This document shows positions 1 through 8,800 of a DNA stretch of 21,088 nucleotides, in pieces. The notes beneath the pieces were generated by a model. It did no database searches. It was not told the origin of the DNA and was given only the letters and a program-made list of their open reading frames with translations. The stretch lies in the NCBI GenBank assembly GCA_038523235.1, contig JBCBJQ010000102.1:1-21088 (forward strand), given 5' to 3'. Numbering within the stretch: position 1 is the stretch's first letter; each line of letters begins with the position of its first letter. This DNA is from Cyanobacteria bacterium J06626_4. GTDB lineage: Bacteria; Cyanobacteriota; Cyanobacteriia; Phormidesmidales; Phormidesmidaceae. The position numbers were made by a program, and so were the translations under genes.

Positions 1-2
1 CA

Positions 3-1076
3 TTGATCCACCCTTGCCCCTCATCAACTGCTTCGGCCATCGCGCAAGCAGTTGATGAGGGGCAAGGGTGGATCAATGGCGCGATCTCTGCCTTCAAGCG
101 GTGCCGAGGTGCATTTAGTCTGGTTATTGGCACCCCTGCTGGCATCATTGGGGCTCGTGATCCTCACGGCATTCGACCTTTAGTCCTCGGCATTCTGGGG
201 GACAATCCTGAGCAGCCAGATGGCCCTGCTAACTATGTGCTGTCTTCAGAAACTTGCGGTCTGGATATCATCGGCGCTCACTATGTCAGAGACATTAAGC
301 CCGGCGAACTGGTTTGGATTACCGACGCGGGGCTCACCTCAGTACAGTGGGATAACCAAGCCGATCGCAAGCTCTGCGTATTTGAGATGATCTACTTCTC
401 ACGGCCTGACAGTGTCGTTAACGAAGAAACCCTCTACAGCTATCGCATGCGCCTGGGCAAAGAACTCGCCAAAGAATCACCGGCTGATGTGGATTTAATC
501 ATGGCGGTGCCCGATTCCGGCGTGCCCGCCGCGATTGGCTTTTCGCAAGAGTCTCACATTCCCTACGCCGAGGGCCTGATCAAAAACCGCTATGTGGGCC
601 GCACGTTCATTCAGCCCACGCAGTCGATGCGAGAAGTGGGCATCCGCATGAAGCTGAATCCGCTACGCGATGTGCTGAACGGTAAACGTATCTTGATTGT
701 GGATGATTCGATTGTTCGGGGCACCACCAGCTACAAAATTGTGAGAGCCTTGCGCGAAGCGGGAGCCACAGAGGTGCACATGCGGATTTCTTCGCCCCCG
801 GTAACGCATCCTTGCTTCTTTGGCATTGATACCGACGATCAGGATCAGTTAATTGCCGCGAACCTGTCAGTAGATGAAATCTCCGCGAAAATTGGCGTTG
901 ATTCCCTCGCTTATCTTAGCTGGGAAGGCATGCTAAAGGCGACGCATCAAGCACCTGAAAGCTTCTGTTCGGCTTGTTTTACCGGGGATTATCCGGTCGA
1001 TATTCCGAATCCTTACAAGCGTTCCAAACTCAAGTTTGAAAAATCATCACCGCCAGCTCCTGCCGCCCCTGTCTAG
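3..1076 (+). CDS. purF: Amidophosphoribosyltransferase, 5'-truncated by the window edge
   Basis: Motifs RDPHGIRPL, CVFEMIYFSRPDS, VPDSG, NRYVGRTFIQP, the PRPP-binding ILIVDDSIVRGTT, and Fe-S cluster Cys motifs PCFFGID and CSACFTG. The catalytic N-terminal Cys region lies upstream of the window. Confidence 0.97.
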   Translation: MIHPCPSSTASAIAQAVDEGQGWINGAISAFKRCRGAFSLVIGTPAGIIGARDPHGIRPLVLGILGDNPEQPDGPANYVLSSETCGLDIIGAHYVRDIKPGELVWITDAGLTSVQWDNQADRKLCVFEMIYFSRPDSVVNEETLYSYRMRLGKELAKESPADVDLIMAVPDSGVPAAIGFSQESHIPYAEGLIKNRYVGRTFIQPTQSMREVGIRMKLNPLRDVLNGKRILIVDDSIVRGTTSYKIVRALREAGATEVHMRISSPPVTHPCFFGIDTDDQDQLIAANLSVDEISAKIGVDSLAYLSWEGMLKATHQAPESFCSACFTGDYPVDIPNPYKRSKLKFEKSSPPAPAAPV

Positions 1077-1176
1077 GATTAGGCACTCCTGGAGCAAGCT
1101 GGTCGTCGATGGCTTCGGTGATTGAGGGCGATTGCACCGGACACGGAACAGCATGGCTAGACCTTAATAGCAGTCG

Positions 1177-2169
1177 TTAAATTGCCTTAGTAGAAGGTGA
1201 AGTGGGTTTTTGCGGTGTGGTCTCAGTCGGCTGATGTTGTTCAGCGTTCAGCAAAAAATCTGTTTTGCTCTGGGGCATCACCCTCAGAATCAACAATTTG
1301 GCGAATAGCTTCTGCACCTGCCGCTGCAGGAGCAACTGAGGATTCTCGCGGACTGCTTGACGCATTTTCTGGAGTGCCGTGACGACGTTTTCGCGGCAAT
1401 GATCGTATCTTACGTACTGTCTAGCCAGATAGAAATAGAGTTCGCTTAAGCTTTGGCGCTTCAACGACTGCAGATGTTGAGGTGCTTGCTGAAAGGCTCG
1501 ATTAATCACTGCAACGCTGTTGGCTTCTACCTGAGGTAGATTCCCCGAAATCGATGTCGAAGACTTGCGGTAAAAAACCTGGTGCTTTTTGACTAAGGCA
1601 AATTGGCAATGGGCGGCCAATCTCAGGTAGTATTCCCAGTCCACGACTGAGCTGAGATGGGTGTCAAATTCGCCAGCTGCTGTAATGACTGAGCGTCGCG
1701 CCAAAATATTGGAGCCGCTACACATGAAGTTCTTGACTAACAGGGCGGGATAAATGTCGCCTTCATCATAGGCCGGGGTCTGGTGATACAGCACACAGCC
1801 CGCTTCATCGATAAAGGTGGTCCAACTATAGGCCACCCCCGCATCTGGATCGTTCTCCAGCGCTTTGAGCTGCAAATCTACCTTGTCAGGCGACCAGAGA
1901 TCATCAGCGTCAATGAAGGTGATAAATTCACCCATTGCTTTTTTGATGCCGTGGTTGCGGGCTTGGGAACTGCCAGCATTCTCATATGAAAAAACCCTGA
2001 TGCGAGGATCCGCAAACTGAGAGAGTACCGTCAACGTTTCATCCGTTGAACCATCATTGATGACAATGATTTCAATGTCTTGAAACGTTTGGCTCACTAC
2101 AGATGATACGGTTTCGGCAATCGTGGATGCACCATTGAAGACCGGAATAATAACAGAAACGGCAGTCAC
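1177..2169 (-). CDS. Glycosyltransferase family 2 (GT-A fold), 330 aa
   Basis: N-terminal VSVIIPVFN, IIVINDGSTD, ARNHG, DxD motif FIDADD, and later DWEY. GTG start with an AGGGGA RBS about 10 nt upstream on the minus strand. Confidence 0.93.
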   Translation of the reverse strand: MTAVSVIIPVFNGASTIAETVSSVVSQTFQDIEIIVINDGSTDETLTVLSQFADPRIRVFSYENAGSSQARNHGIKKAMGEFITFIDADDLWSPDKVDLQLKALENDPDAGVAYSWTTFIDEAGCVLYHQTPAYDEGDIYPALLVKNFMCSGSNILARRSVITAAGEFDTHLSSVVDWEYYLRLAAHCQFALVKKHQVFYRKSSTSISGNLPQVEANSVAVINRAFQQAPQHLQSLKRQSLSELYFYLARQYVRYDHCRENVVTALQKMRQAVRENPQLLLQRQVQKLFAKLLILRVMPQSKTDFLLNAEQHQPTETTPQKPTSPSTKAI

Positions 2170-2779
2170 AAATTCTAAATCCCCTAATCAAATAACGACG
2201 AGATACAAATGCCTGTAGTTTTTGGTGGGGTGAGTAGTGGGCAAAATTTCAGCCTGCTCCTAGCCTAGACTAACGCTGTGGAGGTCTTTTGAGATGAATT
2301 GGTCTTTTTATTATGCCGGGTTGATATCTGATGGTAAAGCTATGACCCTGTGGTTGTCATGATTGTTCCCGCATCCGCTAAGCAAGTTCAAGCTAACACT
2401 CTAATCCTGCGCTCACCCTTGGCAGATCATCGGTCTTTGGTGGGATGTGGCCAATTATCTAGCTTCTGACATCTGCCAGGGTAAGCGCTTGTGGGCCAGC
2501 ACAACTGGGGATACAAAGGCCGCAAAGCCAGCCTAGGAACGAATTTAGGAAAGGTGTCTGAACGGCGGCTACTCTCGCTTGAAGGCGTCATCGCTCTCTT
2601 TTTCTATCGCTACTGTTTGAGATGTCTATGAATACTCGCGATAACTGGATTGCTGGCATGGTGCGATGGTTAGTCGAACGGCGCAAAGACAGCATCATAG
2701 CGGCGATAAATTGTTGAAAATTATGGTCGGCTCAGGTGTAGAAAGACCAGGAACGATATCCGGAATGGCATCGCTTCTG

Positions 2780-2798
2780 AAGCCACATGAGGCTTTTT
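2780..2798 (+). terminator. Weak intrinsic-terminator-like hairpin within the GT2 intergenic region
   Basis: AAGCC-ACATGA-GGCTT running into a short T-tract. Short stem, no annotated gene directly upstream. Confidence 0.2.
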
Positions 2799-3177
2799 GA
2801 TTATTGAGGACAGAGATTAATCGGCTTTTTGAATGTGTGCCAAGGGACATCATGGTTTGCTCACCTAATCCTGAATATTGATGGGATCAAGCGAGACCGG
2901 CTCCACGGAGTTTTGACTGTGGCAAACCCATTCATCTCTGGTGGGCAACCTGACCCAGCGCCCTGTGAGCGGTATTCTGTAAATCTTTAGTAAATCTACT
3001 GAGAGTCGCTTTACAGGAGTTTTCGAGCGGTTGAGACTGTAGACGCTGCTGTGTGGTGGCAGCGATCGCGCTATGTCGTTAGCGATTGGCTGGTGGGCTC
3101 CCCAGTCAACTCTGGCCAGGCAGCTGGTAGCTTAACGGGCACAAGCAACACCGACACTTTGAGGGTGGGTTGATCAA

Positions 3178-4080
3178 GTGATGGATTTTCCAGAAGTTTC
3201 GATTATTGTCCCGACCTTTCGCGACGCTGATTGTCTAGCGTTGTGCCTGGCCGCGCTAGAGCGGCAAAGCTATCCGACCGACCGCTATGAGGTGGTGGTC
3301 GTTAATAACTGCGTTGAGGACGATTTACAGCCTCTGGTTGAGCAATTTACGCATGTGCGCTTGTGTGTAGAAGCGCAACCCGGTTCCTATGCGGCTCGTA
3401 ACCAAGGTCTGGCGGTGGCCAAAGCCCAGGTTTTGGCCTTTACGGATGCCGATTGCATTCCGGCTGAAGACTGGCTTGAGCAGGGCGTTCAGAGTCTGCT
3501 CAAGGTGGAAAATTGTGGTTTGGTGGCCGGGAGCATTCGCGTCTTTGTGCAAGATCCGGCCGCCCCGACGGCCTGTGAGCTATACGATAAGCTGTTCGCC
3601 TTTCCGCAAAAGCAGTATCTAGAAAATGACCACTATGGTGCTACTGCCAACGTCTTTACCTATCGGCACGTGTTTGATCAGGTAGGGTTGTTTGCGGCTG
3701 AAATGAAATCAGGCGGTGATGTTGAGTGGGGTAAACGCGTTCACGCTGCCGGTTTTACCTTGGTGTATGCCGAGACGGCTCGCATTGATCATCCGGCGCG
3801 GTCTTCGTTTGCGGCCTTACGTAAGAAGACTAAACGTGTGGTTGACGGTCACTATATTCTGATGCAGAAGCAGCTATTTGCTAAGACTCGATTTTTTGGT
3901 GGCTTGGCGGCTGACCTGCTGTTACCGTTTCGATCAGCGCCCTATATTTTGTCGAGTCAGGGCATTACGGGGTCGCAAAAGCTGCAGTTGCTGGGCATCT
4001 CAATCTCGTTGCGCTACATCAAGTTCTACGATCGCCTGGCTCGATTACGCGTTGGCAACCACACCCTCTCGGCGTCTTGA
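3178..4080 (+). CDS. Glycosyltransferase family 2, about 300 aa (start GTG 3178 or ATG 3181)
   Basis: VSIIVPTF, EVVVVNN, GSYAARNQG, DxD motif FTDADC, SGGDVEWG. RBS-like GAGGGT at 3161. Confidence 0.92.
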   Translation: MMDFPEVSIIVPTFRDADCLALCLAALERQSYPTDRYEVVVVNNCVEDDLQPLVEQFTHVRLCVEAQPGSYAARNQGLAVAKAQVLAFTDADCIPAEDWLEQGVQSLLKVENCGLVAGSIRVFVQDPAAPTACELYDKLFAFPQKQYLENDHYGATANVFTYRHVFDQVGLFAAEMKSGGDVEWGKRVHAAGFTLVYAETARIDHPARSSFAALRKKTKRVVDGHYILMQKQLFAKTRFFGGLAADLLLPFRSAPYILSSQGITGSQKLQLLGISISLRYIKFYDRLARLRVGNHTLSAS

Positions 4081-4085
4081 TGACC

Positions 4086-5246
4086 CTAATCTGATGGCAG
4101 CAGCTGTGCACGGTTCGCTGGCTGCAGTTGCAGCGGCCTGAGGATTGGATCTCTCTGAGCTTTTGGCCCATAGGTGGCAGCATCTAAGGAAAGGGCGCGG
4201 CGGAGATGTTCTAAGGCCCAATCATTTCTGCCCAAAATGGCGTAGCAGGCGGCTTGGTGAAAAAAGGCCAACGGGTGACTGGGGGACAGGGCTAGCGCTT
4301 TGTCAAAGGCCGCGATCGCTTCTTCGGGCGCAGCCAGCTTACGCAATATCATGCCTAGGGCGAGCCAACTATCGGCATGATCGGCTTGTAAACTCAGCGA
4401 GACTCTAAAGGCATCATGGGCTTCTGCATATCGGCCCAAGCGCGTCATAATCAGCCCTTTATGAAACCAGACTTCCGCCGTCTCTGGCCCGGCCTGACTC
4501 GCTTTTTCGAGATATTTGAGAGCGCTGTCGCTCTGGCCTCGTTGCTGTAGCAAATAGGCATAGCAATTTAACAGGCGCACATCTTCATGACCGTGGGTGA
4601 TCCAGGGCTGTAAATAGGCTAGGGCTTGGCTTTTCTGGCCGCGATCGATTAACACGTAGGCCAAAGATAGATACGCGTCTAACTCGTCTGGCGCATAGGC
4701 GATCGCTCGTTTAAAGTGCTCAATCGCCTGCTCAGGATGGCCTAACTGATAAGTGGCCAGCCCCTTGCCGTACCAGAGGCGAGCTTCAGTGGGAGCTAAG
4801 GCCAGCGCATGATCATAACTTTCGATCGCTTGACCAAACTCCTGACAGTGATACAAAACCTTGGCTCGTCGTCGCCAGACATTGGTATAAGTGGGGGCTA
4901 AATCGAGCGCTCGATCGTAGGCATGTACGGCCTCACGTCGGTAGCCTGCCGCCGCTAAAGTACTGCCAAAGTTGCACCAAACTTTGGGGTCATCGGGCTC
5001 GAGCTGCAGCGCTTTTTGATAACTGGCAATCGCTTTGTCATATCGTTTTAGCCGGGCCAAGCAGTAGCTCTGCTGTTGCCAAACGGCAGCGGTGCCTTGC
5101 CCCTGGTTGACCCAAATTTCGCATTGCGCGAGCATTTTCTGCAAAGCGGTGGTTGATTGTGAGTTACCCTCTGGCAGAAAATCGTCAGCACTCATGGGTT
5201 TAGTCGTTACAAAGTTGAACGGCGTAAAAATAGCAGAAGCACTCAT
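4086..5246 (-). CDS. Tetratricopeptide-repeat protein (about 9-10 TPRs); alternative in-frame start at 5195
   Basis: Repeated W...G..L...G...EA...(Y/F)D.AL.L.P units (e.g. AIASYQKALQLEPDD, AYDRALDLAP, SYDHALALAP, AFDKALALSP) and a C-terminal cap AACYAILG...LRRALSLD...DP. Convergent with the GT2 gene, 5-bp gap. Confidence 0.9.
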   Translation of the reverse strand: MSASAIFTPFNFVTTKPMSADDFLPEGNSQSTTALQKMLAQCEIWVNQGQGTAAVWQQQSYCLARLKRYDKAIASYQKALQLEPDDPKVWCNFGSTLAAAGYRREAVHAYDRALDLAPTYTNVWRRRAKVLYHCQEFGQAIESYDHALALAPTEARLWYGKGLATYQLGHPEQAIEHFKRAIAYAPDELDAYLSLAYVLIDRGQKSQALAYLQPWITHGHEDVRLLNCYAYLLQQRGQSDSALKYLEKASQAGPETAEVWFHKGLIMTRLGRYAEAHDAFRVSLSLQADHADSWLALGMILRKLAAPEEAIAAFDKALALSPSHPLAFFHQAACYAILGRNDWALEHLRRALSLDAATYGPKAQRDPILRPLQLQPANRAQLLPSD

Positions 5247-5543
5247 GGGGGATGGCGAATCGTAGTCGAGTCATGATCGTGATAATTTCCCGATTATGGC
5301 TCGACCTGATCACGCTGCTTTCGTGTTGACGTGTCTTACCAGATTATCTAGTAAAACCTCAACTGTTAACCGAGACGGCTTAAATCGGCTGGTGGCCTCA
5401 AGCGATGCTCTCACTGCCAGCGAGCAGTCTCATCACTCAATCATGCACAGCGGTACCAATCCCACCCCTGCATAAGTTGCCCGTGTAGTCCACTACCTTT
5501 TACAGAGTGAGTGACCCGGTGTGTTACTCCCAGAGAGCGATCG

Positions 5544-5704
5544 CCCCTGGTGCAGCGCCAAGTTGGAATTTGTGCGTCCTCAAAATTGCAGAGCAGATGT
5601 CTTGTTTGGACGGGCATCTTGCCCGTTTACCCACAGGAATCAATCTGGATTGCCATCGTTCTGCAAGTCAACAACCCACAAATTGAAAACTGACAGACCC
5701 CTAG
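5544..5704. repeat. Nested inverted-repeat element (REP/MITE-like or structured RNA)
   Basis: Outer arms AATTTGTGCGT 5567-5577 / ACCCACAAATT 5674-5684. Inner arms TTGCAGAGCAGATG 5586-5599 / CATCGTTCTGCAA 5654-5666. Internal hairpins ACGGGCA-TCT-TGCCCGT 5610-5626 and CAATC-TG-GATTG 5641-5652. Flanked by CCCCTGG 5544-5550 and CCCCTAG 5698-5704. Confidence 0.6.
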
Positions 5705-5812
5705 ATGGCTCGACGACACTGCTGCTTACCTGATGGCGGATTGTAAACGCATCACGCCTCAATCTGGCTGTCCGCCTTCAGTGTTAATGCGGTAAATAGT
5801 TCGCTAGCGCGG

Positions 5813-5865
5813 TTAAGTGCGCATCGCTTAAAGCTGTCGGGCATGTTAAAAACACGCCTATTCTT
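5813..5865 (+). promoter_or_regulatory. Conserved upstream block of K1, shared with K3 (putative promoter/operator)
   Basis: TAAGTGCGCATCGCTTAAA...TTAAAAACACGCCT aligns with K3 upstream TAAGTACGTATCGCTCAAA...TTAGAAGCACGCCT. Contains an imperfect inverted repeat TTAAGTG-N5-CGCTTAA (5813-5831). Confidence 0.45.
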
Positions 5866-5896
5866 CTCTATTGGGGCCTCTTGCCAAGCTAACCCT

Positions 5897-8800
5897 ATGA
5901 AACTGACTGCTAGCCTTCCCCAGAATGCATTCCCGACGATTTCTGGCTATACCCTGGTCGAGCAACTTTATATCGGTTCTCGAACGGCAGTCTATCGGGC
6001 CGTGCAGACTGTTGATCAGCGGTCGGTAGTCATTAAAGTGCTGCAGCGTGAGCATCCCAGTTTTGGTGAGTTGGTGCAGTTCCGTAATCAATACACCATC
6101 GCCAAAGACCTTCCCATTCCGGGAATTATTCAGCCCTTGAGCTTGACATCGCTGGAGAATGGCTATGCCCTCGTGATGGAAGATTGGCAGGCGCTTTCTT
6201 TAGCTAAATACTGCCAACAGCACTCCCTAACCCTGACAGAAGTTCTGGAGATCACCCTCCAGATGGCCGATATTCTGCATGATTTAGGTCAGCATCGAGT
6301 GGTGCATAAAGACATCAAACCAGGCAACATCCTGATTCGTCCCGAGTCACAGCAGATCAAACTCATTGATTTCAGCATTGCCTCCTCGTTACCGAAGGAA
6401 ACTCAGGAGATCCAAAACCCCAACATGTTAGAAGGCACGCTGGCCTATCTAGCTCCCGAACAAACTGGGCGGATGAATCGTGGCATTGATTATCGGGCCG
6501 ATTTCTACGCTCTTGGCGTTACGCTCTATCAGTTGCTCACCGGTACCTTGCCGTTTATCTCTGACGATCCCTTGGAGTTGATCCATGGCCATCTGGCCAA
6601 GCAACCGCTGCCGGTTGATCAAGTGCGGCCTGAGGTGCCCGCTCCAGTCGCCGCGATCGTTGCTAAGCTCATGGCTAAAAATGCTGAAGATCGCTATCAA
6701 AGTGCTCTCGGACTCCAACATGATGTGCAGCACTGTCTCACCCAATGGCAAACCATGGGGGCGATCGCGGCGTTTGAGCTGGGCCAGCGAGATCTCAGCG
6801 ATCGCTTCCTGATTCCTGAAAAACTGTATGGCCGTGAAGCCGAAGTTCAGACGCTATTAGAGGCGTTTGAACGGGTGGCCGATGGCGCTGCCGAACTAAT
6901 GCTGGTGGCGGGCTTCTCGGGGATTGGTAAAACCGCCGTGGTGAATGAAGTCCATAAGCCGATTGTGCGCCAGCGCGGTTACTTCATCAAAGGCAAATTT
7001 GACCAGTTCAATCACAATATTCCGCTCTCGGCTTTTGTGCCAGCTCTGCAAGATTTAATGGGGCAACTGCTCTCAGAGTCAGATGAGCAGTTGCAACGCT
7101 GGAAAACCAGAATCCTGGCAGTCGTGGGTGAGAATGGGCAAGTGTTAATTGAGGTGATGCCCACCCTCGAGCAGATTATTGGCCCACAACCGCCTGCTCC
7201 CGAACTTGCCGGCAGTGCGGCTCAGCATCGATTTAATTCGCTATTTCAACAATTTATCGAGGTTTTTACGACCCAAGAGCACCCGTTGGTGCTGTTTTTA
7301 GATGACTTGCAGTGGGCCGATGCTGCCTCCCTGCAGCTGATGCAACTGTTAATGAATGACAATGGCTATCTGCTGATTTTGGGAGCCTATCGAGACAATG
7401 AAGTCTCGGCTGTGCACCCGCTGATGATGGCAGTGCAGGCGTTAGAAAAAGCCGAGATCACTGTCAATACCATTACCCTTGCGCCGCTGGGGAGTGACGA
7501 TATTAATCACCTTGTGGCTGACACGTTGAATTGTGCGACGGACCTGGCTCAACCCCTGACGCAACTCGTGAATCGTAAAACGCAGGGCAATCCTTTTTTC
7601 ACCACTCAGTTTCTCAAAGCGCTGCATGAAGACGGACAGATTACGTTTAACTGTGATCGTCGCCATTGGGAATGCGACATCGCCCAGGTCAACGCCCTTG
7701 CCCTCACCGATGATGTGGTGGAGTTTATGGCGGTGCAGCTACAGAAATTGCCTGCTGAGACCCAGCAAGTCTTAAAACTCGCGGCTTGTATGGGTAACCA
7801 ATTCGATTTGCATACCCTGGTGATGGTGTCAGAACAATCCTCGGCTGATGTTGCTGGCACATTGTGGAAAGCCCGGCAAGAAGGCTTGATTGTACCGACG
7901 AGCCAAGTCCATAAGTTCTTTCAGAGTAATGAGCAACCGGAGGGCGAGAACGCGGCCAATCCAGCCTATCGGTTTTTACACGATCGCATTCAGCAAGCTG
8001 CTTATTCACTGATTCCTGACGACCAAAAGCAGGCAACCCACTACCAAATCGGACAGCTTCTCCGCCGAGGTCTTGCCGATAAGGCATTAGATGGACACAT
8101 TTTTGATTTGCTTAGCCAACTCAATGCTGGCGCTGGCAAAATTACCAACGCTATTGAAAAGCAAGCATTAGCTAACTTAAACCTCAGGGGGGCACTCAAG
8201 GCGAAGGGCTCTACATCCTATGCAGCGGCTTTAAAGTACTGTGATGCTGGCATTCAATTGCTGGCAGATGATGGCTGGGAGACTGATTATCAATTGACTT
8301 TGCAGCTGCACGAGCTAGCTACAGAGTCTGCCTATTTGTGTGGTGAAAATCAAATCTTTGAACAATATGCTGAAGTTGTTTTAGATCATGCTGATAGTGA
8401 CCTCGATCAACTCAATGTCAACATCATTAAAATTCAAGCTTACACCGCCCAAAATCGTTTAATTGAAGCTCTAACGGTCGCTAAAGCAGCGCTCAAAAAA
8501 TATACTGTGGTTTTCCCGGCTGAAATTTCATTAGAAGATATTCAGCAAGAATTACAAGACACTCAAGCGGAATTCTCACAATTTACTCCAGAAGAAATTG
8601 TGGCTTTGCCAAAGATGACTGACGCCCAGTCGTTAGCAGTCATGCGTCTGTTGCTGAGTGTTACTGCGACCGCCTATATTGCCGATCAAACTTTATTTCC
8701 ACTGATTATTTTAAAGATGGTGCAGTGGTCTCTGCAATATGGGAATGCACCCTCATCACCCTATGCCTATGCCTGCTATGGCATTCTTTTAGTGAACTTG

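Noticed and set aside
1..3061. Absence of HIP1 as evidence of foreign origin
   Set aside because: The gap includes housekeeping purF, so multi-kb HIP1 gaps occur by chance. HIP1 absence was used only as secondary evidence elsewhere.
5326..5354. Sigma70-like promoter TTGACG-N17-TAGTAA
   Set aside because: Poor -10 match and more than 500 bp from the K1 start; cannot be supported from sequence alone.
5511..5733. 60-aa and 70-aa ORFs in the TPR-K1 spacer
   Set aside because: They overlap the palindromic element and show no recognisable motifs; likely incidental.
5843..5896. Longer K1 start (MLKTRLFF...) from the ORF track
   Set aside because: The region is homologous to non-coding DNA upstream of K3, and ATG 5897 aligns exactly with the K3 ATG.
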